A stretch of 64,000 nucleotides of DNA from Octopus sinensis (GCF_006345805.1 NC_043014.1:39432001-39496000); one strand, 5' to 3'; numbered from the stretch's first letter, positions 52,369 through 64,000 are shown. The notes: generated from the letters alone by a model not told the origin. Numbers and translations: made by a program.

Positions 52369-54069
52369 GATGGGCTCCTTTTAGTTTCTGTCTACCAAAT
52401 CCACTCACAAGGCTTTGGTTGGCCTGAGGCTATAGTAGAAGACACTTGCCCATGGTGCCACGCAGTGGGACTGAACTTGGAACCATGTGGTTGGTAAGCA
52501 AGCTACTTACCACACAGCCACTCCTGTGATTTCACTCAAGAATATAATGCACCACCCAGTCTGGGAACTGAAACCTCAACACTGCAATCACAGGTGCCTT
52601 CACTTGTTGCTTTATTGACCAAATGATTAATCAAGCAATTGATTAGTTAAGTGATGAAATGTCAACAAATTAATTAATAATAACAGTAATAAAAGAAAAA
52701 CAGAAGCAGGGCGTGCGTTTATTATTGGCGTATTGACCTTCCCGAGATGCAATAAAAATACTTTATAAAAAATATTACAGCAATAACCCCAGTCAAATAA
52801 ATGTATATTCTATTTCCTATTACTACATTATTACCATATTCTATTGTGATAAGCACATCTATTCTCTGTAATTGTTGATCACTTATTCTTACTGACATTT
52901 GAGTAGATCCACTAATTCTACAGATGTCTATCGCAGCACTAACAAGTCATTCCATTACTGTCACTATTATTTGATTTCTTCACTACTGCAGTAATATTAG
53001 ATTACAATCTTTGCTTAACTTGTTATATTATAAACTCTATTCTGAAAGCTCAAACCTTAATATTTGATTCTATTTTACTTAAGTTGTTTAGTAACAAAAC
53101 AATGCTTCATGATTCTTTGACATCAGTTTTCAATCAGTATAAACACATTGGCAATTGTTTCTACAAAACTCTTGTGTTAATACTCCCATCAAAGTATACT
53201 GAGAACTTGTAATCTGCAGTCAAGCACTAGAATTTGATGCCACAGATTCATTCCTAAAAAAGAGGAAAGCAAAAGGGATAGATCAAGGGTTCAGGATAAA
53301 GCAACTTTATGGGTTTAAAAATAGGGTAAATTGGGGTTTCAGCTTGAGCTATAAAGGTTTGTATCCATGAGAATTTTTATTCATCATTACTACCTTTACA
53401 ATGATTCTTAACACCATTCTTAAAAATTTTTTTTACATGAAACCAATCTTAAAAGCAGGTAAATACTTACCAATATTTTCAAACTAGGTTGAGTGCAAAC
53501 AAGGTGAGGGTAATAACAGCATATATAATCTGAAGCATTATAAATATTATCAAATTTATGCTTTGCAATTTGACTAAAAAAGCAAGTGAAAACATTTACT
53601 TTTGGAATGTCATTATTATTCAAATGATTTCTTTTCAATAAAAAAAAAATACAAAATGTAGTTTGAGAAATACTTAGCTTCTAAAATGAAATATAAAAAA
53701 AAAGATTACACACATCATCTTTACTATAACAGTTGTTTTAGATAAACTATTATGATACAGATTTTAGTCACCGATACTGGTCTCTGCTACAAAACAAGAA
53801 ATTATGTACATTAAAGTATAGTTGAGAAAATGCAGTCCAAGCAGTAGAGAATGTATACATGTACAAATATAATACCTAGAGACTATTAGAGAACACACTA
53901 TTTGGAAAGTGATGTTGGCAAAAAATAATGAATTTAATGATCTGATTAATTAGGCCTATGTATATATATATATAGGCCTATATATATTTATTATATATAT
54001 ATATATATCTATATATATATATGTATATGTATACATATTAAATGTAGAAAATTATATAGGATAAAAGAG

Positions 54070-55495
54070 GGTGTTCCCAATGAGGACCCAACAGAAGGAC
54101 TAGCCATTCTAGAAGACACAATGAGGGGTAAAGCAATTAAGCAGATGAAGATAGGGAAAAGCCCTTGTCAGGTCAGGTCAGATGTGGGGGAATGCACCAT
54201 TGCAGTGGATTGCTGCATTCACCATTTGTTGGTATATTTCTGGGTCCTCCCAGGCAATCCATCAAGCAAAATCTCAGTTAGTCCCCATCTTTGCAAGATA
54301 CCTCTCATCTGCCATGATTACGTGGGATGTGGTTGGTCAACACAAACTGACAACCCAGGCAGATCCTCAATGAAGGGAACATGGTAAACAGGATCTAACA
54401 TGGCCAAACAGTCTGAGCTGGTGCTCCTGAACCATACAAGTAACAGGACACATCCCAGTTTCTGAGTATAGTCATTAGTCGGATAATAAATCTGACAAAT
54501 GATAACCCATAATACTGCAACGTGTACAGGTACTTATTTCTTTATTACCCACAAGGGGCTAAACATAGAGGGGACAAACAAGGATAGACATAGATATTAA
54601 ATCGATTACATCGACCCCAGTGCATAACTGGTACTTAATTTATCGACCCCGAATGGATGAAAGGCAAAGTCGACCTCGGCGGAATTTGAACTCACAACAT
54701 AATGACAGACGAAATACCACTAAGCATTTCGCCCGACATGCTTACATTCCTGCCAGCTCACCACCTTGTACAGGTACCAAAGGAGTTCAGGAGGACTGTA
54801 AGGGCTCCAAGCTGTATCCATGTCTCGTCACTATAGTGCAGGACAGAGAGATGCTTAAAATGTCTTTTGGAGTAGATTGCAGCCAAATCACTAGCAAAGT
54901 CAACAGGAAGATGTCACACTCAGTGACTGATAAAGCAGAGTAATAATAATTTCATATTGTTGGATCAGGTCATGAAAATTACAGAGAGTGTTATAGCACA
55001 AGTGATTAGGAAGAGGATTAGCCTAGGTGAGATGAAGTTCAGTTTTGTGCCAGAAAAAAGTGCCAGAACTGGTGTCATGTAAAAGCACTTGTGCCAGTGA
55101 ATATTAGCAGAATTAGAAAAAAATTGCAAGTGTGGAAGCAAAAGCTGGAATTAAATGGTCTCAAATTCAACTCAAATTCAGCAAAGATTAAAGTTTTAGT
55201 AAATAGAAAAAAACAGATAGGTCTCTGCTACCATCAGAGAAATAACCTTGCTAAACATGTATAAAAGTAGTAGATAGATTTTTCTGTACAATGTAACCAA
55301 TGCACACTATGGACATACAATTGGTGGATTGGTATCATTTGCAGGTTAACAGGAAAAGTAGACTTTGTATGTGACAGATGCACTGGAGTAATAAACACTA
55401 ACAGTGCACAGAAAATCGATTCACTCAAACGCTCAGTAAGATCCCCAGAGGGAGTAGATAGCTTCCATTAACTAGGTGACTTAGGATGTTCTAAA
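54070..55495 (+). mobile_element. Fragmented RTE-type LINE ORF with insertions (a SINE A copy at ~54540-54765)
   Basis: AIKQMKIGKSP; LLDQVMKITESVIAQVIRKRISLGEMKFSFVPEKS; WKQKLELNGLK...AKIKVLV; a Cys-rich stretch and an RLTGKVDFVCDRC-like segment. Confidence 0.7.
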
Positions 55496-55734
55496 GCTAT
55501 AGCGGCTAGAGCTTGCGCCATGAAACAAAGCACCTAGTGCACTCTGTGAAGTGTATGGTATCAGGAATGGCATCCAGCCACAGAAACCATGAGGAAACAG
55601 ACACTGGAGTAGAAGGCAGTTTTCCAATTTGTTGAATCCTCTCAAACCATCCAGCTTTAGCCAGCTTGGGAAACAAATGTTAAATGATAAGGAAGATGAT
55701 GATGATATATGATGATGATACATACACACACACT

Positions 55735-55990
55735 CACACACACATACATATATATATATATGGATTATGTATGTATACATATGTGACTGTATATGTCTTT
55801 GTGTTTGTGAGTGTGTATGTGTGTGTTGAACATGTGTATAGCCCTACACACACCCATGCACACACACACTCACACACATATATATATATGGATTATGTAT
55901 GTATACATATGTGACTGAATATGTCTTTGTGTTTGTGAGTGTGTATGTGTGTGTTGTACATGTGTATGGCCCTACACACACCCATGCACA
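55735..55990. repeat. 128-bp tandem duplication
   Basis: ggattatgtatgtatacatatgtgactg...ccctacacacacccatgcac occurs twice. Confidence 0.9.
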
Positions 55991-56491
55991 GACACACACA
56001 CACACATACATACATACATACATATACACCATGTACACATTCTACAAATTTTTAAAATGATTCTATTCAATGACTTTTATAAAATACGAGCATATATTTA
56101 CTGGAATTAATGCATTTCAAAATATTTATTAAAAATAGGTCAGCTCATTAATTCTCTACTCGCTCTGTCTTCATTTCTCATTATACTATTCATTGTATTT
56201 TATTCCTCATTATAAGCAACCAGTGACACAAAAACTGTTCTCAGTGTCTCTGGAGGGGCAAGGATGCATTTGCTACTCTCATCCTAATTAACAGGCATGG
56301 TAGGCCAGAAGGAAGATCTTACACCCCTTAATATATATGCTGGGTTGGTTGAGAGGGGCCTAGTCACCTCTAACTTTCCTCTTGCTAAGCTTTTGTTATC
56401 ATCATTATATTATTGTATTTGCAATGTTGGATATGAATAGCACCTCTGATAGTTATACATGTTTGATATTTATCTATATTTTTGTCTATGT

Positions 56492-56535
<44 letters not shown>

Positions 56536-56538
<3 letters not shown>

Positions 56539-56612
56539 TGATGAGAAAGCGGCATAATATACTCCTTATTCCTTTGCAATTAGGAACATGCAGCCTTCGA
56601 AACATATGTCGA
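56536..56612 (+). ncRNA. Type I hammerhead-like motif with extended stem II
   Basis: tc CTGATGA gaaagcggcat...atgcagccttc GAAA CATATG TC ga. Intact core, palindromic stem III ACAUAUGU, GUC site; stem I is cut to 2 bp by the adjacent (TA)n. Confidence 0.65.
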
Positions 56613-56793
56613 AAATAAAGGATTTTGTTAATTCGTCGTTCAACTCCATTCTTTCATATATTATATTTAAAAAAAAACATACAAATTTCCACACGAAAGC
56701 ACGTAACTTCAAACGTGTCTTCTCTGATGTGAATTTGCTACCCAGGTATCGGTTAACCGAATAATCCATAACAAGATAATTCATTCTACTACT

Positions 56794-56832
<39 letters not shown>

Positions 56833-59022
56833 ATCATTATCATCATTTAATGCCCGCTGTCCATGCTAGCAGGATTGGATGGTTTGACAGAATCTGGGCT
56901 ACCCTAAAGTCCAACCTCTCCTCAAAGTGGTAGGGTGGTGTAAACGGGCAGTGTCAGAGCTATGCCGTCAGGAACTTTGGTTCCTTGTAGGGCCACCCAA
57001 GGCAGATTGGTCTGGCACTGAGCGGTATTAGGGCTGCAGCCTGGCCAATGGGGCTCTGGTGAAAATTTCAAGAGGTGTCTGATCGGCAACCGGTGGCTTC
57101 GAGGTCATTCTGTCCTTGCATCTGTGGAGACTCCACAGCAAACAGGGCGTCCCATCACTCAGGATATGTATGCGGGATGTCGGGGACCACTTGTGAATTC
57201 AATATTCCCATGAAACTTCTTCTATGAATCCTACTTAGGACCAGAGAAGAAGCCGGCTCAACCCGCCCTGGGTGAACGCCATCACAAGTAAGTACAGAAG
57301 CTGGGCAGCTGCAAAAAGTTCCAATTGTCTGTTTTGGCATGGTTTCTACAGCTGGATGCCCTTCCTAATGCTAACCACCTCACAGAGTGTACTGGGTGCT
57401 TTTTACATGGCACCAGCATGGACACGTCTAAGTGGCACTGGTTTGTGTGACACTGGCACAGGTGCTTTTATGTTGCACCAGTTCTGGCATTTTCCAATGA
57501 CACTGGCACAAGCACATTTATGTGACACCAGCACAGGTGCATTTACACGGCATCTCCATGGGTGCTTTTTATGTGACACCAGCATTTATTTATATCAGGC
57601 ATGTCTGAATGGTTAAGAAGTTTGCTTTGCAATTATGAAGTTCTGGGTTCAATACCACTGCATAGCATCTTGAGAAATTGTCTTCGTAACAGCTTTGCAC
57701 TGACCCAAGCCTTGTGAGTGAAACTGGATAGATGGAAACTGTGTAGAAGCTCATCAGATGAATAGTACCAGTAATTCAAAGGTCCAACTTCATCACACAT
57801 AGTATTACATTCATTATACCATATTTGAAGGTATAAAAGACGCAAAGGGCATATTAGATGCACCGCAATGTCAACAGCACATATTCAAATAAAAAAAGGT
57901 ATTTAGTATTTTCAGTGACAAAATTAGCTTATGGGAGAACCAACTTCAAATGTAGCACCAGGATGATTTTTCAGATATTTCTGGGGGGAAGAAGGGTCCA
58001 CTGCCCACCTCGTCAATAACACACGGACACACACACTTGTACTCTTGATCGACTGACTACTTGCTACTGTAGCACCTAGAGAGAGTCGGAGTTACTCCTG
58101 CCGTTTGCCCGTGCTTCTTCTTCTTGTTCTTTCATGTTCATGCGCCGACTGACCGGCTGCACTCGTGCTCTTGACCGCTGCTGACAACTGAGAACTTGCA
58201 TTGGCTGTCCACCGTCCACCTCGTCAATAACACACGGACACACACGCTCATGCTCTCGATTGCAGCCACTGCTGCAGCAGCCAACTACTGCTAAGATTCT
58301 ATCAAATACAGCACTTAAGATTTACGTTAAGGGTACGTGTGTCTGTGGAATACTCAACCACTTTTCGTGCTTATTTGATTACTAAGTCATTCAGTTGATC
58401 AAACAATTGGACAATCATGCACAACAATCAACAGGAGAAGTCATCATCTACAGCTACATAATTACAGAAATTGCATTCTGTATAATTACTGTAGTTGTAA
58501 TCTAATTTAATCAATAAATTTTTTAATTGGTGCTGGTTAGTCTTATATATACTACCAAAAACATTGCATTTACTGTTGAAGCATATTTCTGACACAGAAT
58601 TGCATTTTCATTATCTCAAAATATCGATATTTTTCCTTGTTTATTTTCAACTAAAACATATTTTCATATGCATCTTTTATCATTTATTTTGTTCACTTCT
58701 ATCTGCTGCCGTGGCTGGGTCACTGTACTGCATTGATCCCAGCACTTATTTTTTTAAGCCTGGTGCTTACTCTATTGACTTCTTTTGCGAAGACTGCTAA
58801 GCTATGGGGACATAAACAACCCAACACCGCTGGTCAAGTGGTGGTGAGTAACAAACACAAACACAAGGATACACACACATAGATACATATACACACACAC
58901 ACCATATTATACTATATATATATATATTATATATAAAATTAAATTTAGGGTAAAAATTGATATTTATCAATTAGAACCAGTGGTCTAGCATATTAAAGAA
59001 AGAATCCGAAGATTAAAATATT

Positions 59023-59147
59023 TATATATACCAATTAAGGACTGAACACGAAAAGTGGACAGTCAACATGCTAGATAGAGACGTCAATTTTGACGTCTAT
59101 ATCTAGCATGTTGACTGTCCACTTTTCGTGTTCAGACCTTAATTGGT

Positions 59148-59154
<7 letters not shown>
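59023..59154. repeat. Near-perfect palindrome (57-bp arms plus TA flanks, 2-nt loop)
   Basis: ccaattaagg...gacgtcaa tt ttgacgtc...ccttaattgg, with two mismatches. Confidence 0.92.
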
Positions 59155-59202
<48 letters not shown>

Positions 59203-59557
59203 TATTACAGGTATATGAAGGTGCATGGCTCAGTGGTTGAGAGTGTTGGGCTCACAATCATGAGGTAGTGATTTTGATTCCCAGACCGAGCTGCGTGTTG
59301 TGTTCTTGAGCAAGACACTTTATTTCATGTTGCTCCAGTTCACTCAGCTGTAGAAATGAGTTGCAACGTCACTGGTGCCAAGCTGTATTGGCTTTTGCCT
59401 TTCCCTTGGATAACATTGGTGGCATGGAGAGGGGAGTCTGGTATGCATAGATGACTGCTGGGTCTTCCACAAATGGCCTTGTCTGGACTTGTGCCTTGGA
59501 GGGTAACTTTCTAGGTGCAATCCCATGATCATTCATGATTAGAAGGGGTCTTTACTC

Positions 59558-59605
<48 letters not shown>

Positions 59606-59675
59606 TGGAGTAAACACATAAATGTGAAACAAGGTGGAAAAAAGAGTACTCAAATACTAGGGGTAGAGTAATATG

Positions 59676-59806
59676 CTTTATTTAAAAGCAGCAGAATTCA
59701 ACAAAACCTGTTACTCTCTCTGAGTTTCACGTTCCCTGCCCGACGAACGGGAACATGAAACTCAGAGTAACAGGTTTTGTTGAATTTCTGCTGCTTTTAA
59801 ATAAAG
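59676..59806 (+). mobile_element. pLTR-like inverted duplication with a hammerhead-like motif (59735-59774)
   Basis: ~60-bp inverted arms; cctgc CCGACGA acgggaacat GAAA ctc a gagt a acagg. Confidence 0.6.
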
Positions 59807-60221
59807 TAGAATATAATATATATATATATATATATATAACACACACACAGAAATATATAAGATGGGCTTCCTCAGATTCAGTCTACCAAATACTCACAAA
59901 GTTTTAGTTGGCCAAGAGCTATAGTAGAAGACACATGCCCCCAAATGGAACTGAACCTGAAACCATGTGGTTGGGAAGCAAACTTCTTACCACATAACCA
60001 CACCTGTACCTGCGCATAACAGAGAACCTAAAATAGAAGAATTACCAGGCTTTAATCTCTTGACATATTATCCTGTATATTTTCATTCAGAGATGTCTAA
60101 TAAATATAAATTTGAACGAAAATATACATTTACTGTACTCTGAGGTATCTGTTACTTATTTTTAACCTGAAATACTTCGTTCATTATGTTATTTCCATTT
60201 TCTATCATTTCTATCAGTAGG

Positions 60222-60539
60222 AGCACTCCGTCGGTTACGACAACGAGGGTCCCGGCTGATACGATTAATGGAACAGCCTGCTCGTGAAATTAACGTGCAA
60301 GTGACTGAGCAATCCGCAGACACGTGTACCCCTAACGTAGTTCTCAGGGAGATTCAGCGTAACACAGAGTGTGACAAAGCCGGCCCTTTGAAATACAGGT
60401 ACAGTTCATTTTTGCCAGCTGAGTGGACTGGAGCAATGTGAAATAAAGTGTCTTGCTCAAGGACAAAACGCGCCTCCTGGAATTGAACTCGTAACCTTAC
60501 AATCGTGAGCCGAATGCCCTAACCACTAAGCCACGTGCC
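60222..60539 (-). mobile_element. Mosaic SINE: family D head with the 3' tail seen on family C at 3590-3775
   Basis: The reverse complement of 60222-60405 aligns with 3590-3775; the head aligns with 59218-59350. Confidence 0.8.
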
Positions 60540-60989
60540 TTCACGGAACTTCATAGTAAATCCTAACTGATCCAAAATAATTTGTGTACTTATTCTTCTT
60601 TATATACCGATTCAAAATAAATAATAAAAGAATATGATATTTTTTGCATGGAAACTAAAAAAAAATGTGTATGTATAATAAGCAGTGAGGTGGATTTGTT
60701 CAACTAAAACCTTTTCTAGATGGTGCCCCAGCATATGATCACAGTTTGATGATTGAAGCAAGTCAAAGATAAAAGATAAAAACTTCTTCTAACACTAAAC
60801 TCAAACCCTCTTTTTGTATCACTTGGATGCAACAATTCTGAGTGAATCAACAACTTTCTTAGAGGAACTGCTTGTACTTAAATTAATAAACTTAAGCAAG
60901 GCCAGGTGTGACTGCTAGAAATATAATTTGTTAGAATATCACAAAGTAACTAAATCCCAGCACATTTACAACTACTGTTTTCTAAATAT

Positions 60990-60996
60990 AGTACAA

Positions 60997-61032
<36 letters not shown>

Positions 61033-61154
61033 ATATAATATATATTTTATCTAATATAATTATATATATATATATATATAATATAATATATATTTTTATA
61101 TAATATAATTATATATTATATATAATATAATATATTTATATAATATAATTATAG

Positions 61155-61185
<31 letters not shown>

Positions 61186-61742
61186 ATATAATTATAGATA
61201 TATATATATATATAAATATATTTATATAATATAATTATAGATATATATATATTATATAATATATTTATATAATATAATTATAGATATAGCTATATATATA
61301 TAATATAATATTTTATAAATTAATTATATATATATATATATATATATAATTAATATATTATATAATATAATTATATATATATAATATATATAATATAATA
61401 TATTTATATAATATAATTATATATATATTATATATAATATAATATAATTATATATATATATAATTATATATATATATATAATATATAATATATTATATAT
61501 ATTATAATTATATATATATACATATATAATATAATTATATATATATATAATTATATATATATATATATATATATAATATAATTATATATATATATATATA
61601 TATATAAGTATAATTATATATATATATATTATATTATATATATATATAATATAATTATATATATATATTATATATATATATATGATATAATATATATATA
61701 TTATATAATAAATTATAGATATATATATATATATATATAATA

Positions 61743-61780
<38 letters not shown>

Positions 61781-61971
61781 ATAATATATATATTTATATA
61801 ATATAATTATAGATATATATATATAGATATATATAATATAATTATATATAATATATATATATATATTATATATATAATATAATTATATTATAATATATAT
61901 ATATATCTATATATATATATATAATATAATTTAATATATATATATATATATATATATAATATAATTATATA

Positions 61972-62017
<46 letters not shown>

Positions 62018-62070
62018 ATATTTATATATAATTATATATATACATATATGTATAAATATATATATCTTAA
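60990..62070. repeat. ~1.1-kb almost pure A/T low-complexity satellite
   Basis: Recurring tataatataattata(g)atatat units. Confidence 0.92.
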
Positions 62071-63880
62071 TTACTATTTTCTGTTTCCACTACTCTCATC
62101 ATCACCAGCAGCAGCAGCAGCAACAGCTCACTTTCTTAGTTATTTTTATCTGTTACTAACCTTATTTTCACAAGACACAATGTATCAGTCTACCAGTTTT
62201 TTCAGCATAATAATCTTGCATTTAATGCATTAATTCTTTGTATCATATCACTTCTTATTAAGTTCTAATTAACAGTTGGAGATTATAAGCTGATGTAAAC
62301 TTGATACATGCAGGTCAGTCCGACTATTATAAGCAACTATTAACTCCCTCAGGCCTCTGATATCTCTTATCAAATAATACCTCGTACTTATGCTTCTTTG
62401 AGCCAATTTCCTTATTGTTTCCAAGTTATAATTTACTCTTTTACTCTTTTACTTGTTTCAGTCATTTGACTGCGGCCATGCTGGAGCACCGCCTTTAGTC
62501 GAGCAACTCGACCCCGGGACTTATTCTTTGTAAGCCCAGTACTTATTCTATCGGTCTCTTTTGCCGAACCGCTAAGTGACGGGGACGTAAACACACCAGC
62601 ATCGGTTGTCAAGCAATGCTAGGGGACAAACACACACACACACATATACACCCACACTTATATATATATATACAATATATACGACGGGGCTTCTTTCAGT
62701 TTCCGTCTACCAAATCCACTCACAAGGCATTGGTCGGCCCGGGGCTATAGCAGAAGACACTTGCCCAAGATGCCACGCAGTGGGACTGAACCCAGAACCA
62801 TGTGGTTGGTTAGCAAACTACTTACCACACAGCCACTCCTGCTGTTCACAAAATATTAATTATATATACATGAATTAATTAACGCCAACAACGACTGATA
62901 CACCAACACTATCTGGTGCAAAAATAGTGTTAATAAGATGTGACAAGGTGATATAAAAGAGAGCAATGTCAAGTGCTCTCAAGATATAATTACATACATT
63001 GAACCAAGTATGAAAAATATGATAGTGATAAAGTTACTGGGATTGGAGTCTTCACCTGGAAATTATTAATTTTTTTTGTTTAGCCTCACCTGCCCCCCAC
63101 CCCATGCCGGTGGCACGTAAAAAGCACCATCCGTCTGTGGCCGTTTGCCAGTCCCGTCTGGCACCTGTGCGGGTGGCACATAAAAAGCACCCACTACACT
63201 CATGGAGTGGTTGGCGTTAGGAAGGGCATCCAGCCGTAGAAACACTGCTAGATCAGACTGGGCCTGGTGCAGCCTTCTGGCCTCCCAGACCCCAGTTGAA
63301 CCGTCCAAACCATGCTAGCATGGGAAGCGGACGCTAAATGATGATGATGATGATGATGATGATGATTAGACTGCTGCCATGCTGAGGCACCACCTTGAAG
63401 GCTTTTAGTCAAATAGAATGACCCTGGTACTTATTATTTTAAAGTCTGGTACTTATTCTATTGCTCTTTTTTGATGAACCGCTAAGTTTCAGGAATGTAA
63501 ACAACCCAACACTGGTTGTTAAATGGTGGGGAGGGGAACAAACACAGACAACAGACAATAGACACACACACATACACACACATGTATGTATAGTGGCTAG
63601 GGTGTTGCACTCATGATTGCAAGATTGTGGTTTCAATTCCCAGACCGGGCACTGCACTGTGTTCTTGAGCAAAACACTTCATTCCACGATGCTCTGCGAT
63701 CATTTCCTCATCTGACATGTGGCACATGGTGCACCTGTACAGGTAATATCAATTTGACGGAGGGAGTGAGCTTATGTGTACACAAACATTTGATCACTAA
63801 AAGCAAATCCTTTGTGTGGTTGTTCAGCAAGAAATTACTGAGCCCTCATATGTTGTCTAACGAGGGGAGAGTTCATGATA

Positions 63881-64000
63881 TCTTTATATATAAAAGTAAG
63901 GTTGTGTGTCTATCTCCTACGATTTAGATTCCTAACTACTCCCACATTTTGCGGTGCAGTTTAACCAAAACCGGGTATCTTATAGTCGTGATTCATATCG
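63881..64000 (+). mobile_element. Possible 5' end of a non-autonomous Helitron
   Basis: A|TCTTTATATATAAAAGT...GTGTGTCT start resembles invertebrate Helitron 5' ends; the 3' end is outside the window. Confidence 0.35.

Noticed and set aside
54182-54373. ORF listed on the minus strand (MWGNAPLQ...)
   Set aside because: The peptide actually reads on the plus strand from ATG at 54182, so the track label appears wrong. It lies within TE debris with no recognisable product.
10904-62233. Dozens of 60-200 aa ORFs rich in Y/I/M/C/V/H/T
   Set aside because: They are translations of (TA)n, (CA)n and (TG)n microsatellites, which lack stops in some frames.

Overview
Eukaryotic, very AT-rich genomic DNA saturated with (TA)n/(CA)n microsatellites and tRNA-derived SINEs. 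The repeat style suggests a cephalopod, probably Octopus (inference, not a database match). The only host gene I can support is the 3' half of a monocarboxylate transporter (SLC16/MCT family, MFS) on the minus strand. It has four phase-compatible GT-AG exons (30973-30572, 29288-29109, 27802-27677, 23287-23061). Its N-terminal exons are not visible, so 31-64 kb is probably one very large intron. The rest is a graveyard of mobile DNA: several SINE families, hAT, Tc1/mariner, piggyBac-like and other MITEs, R4/Dong-, CR1- and RTE-like LINE relics, a solo LTR and a possible Helitron end. The most interesting signal is a set of six minimal type I hammerhead-ribozyme-like motifs in Penelope-like pLTR relics, often next to (TA)n tracts and long inverted duplications. 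Three of them have a CCGANGA core instead of CUGANGA, and all those inside the presumed intron are antisense to the host gene. Parts of 16-21 kb and 31.5-34.3 kb look like noisy duplications that may be assembly artefacts. No CRISPR, rRNA or genuine tRNA genes were found.
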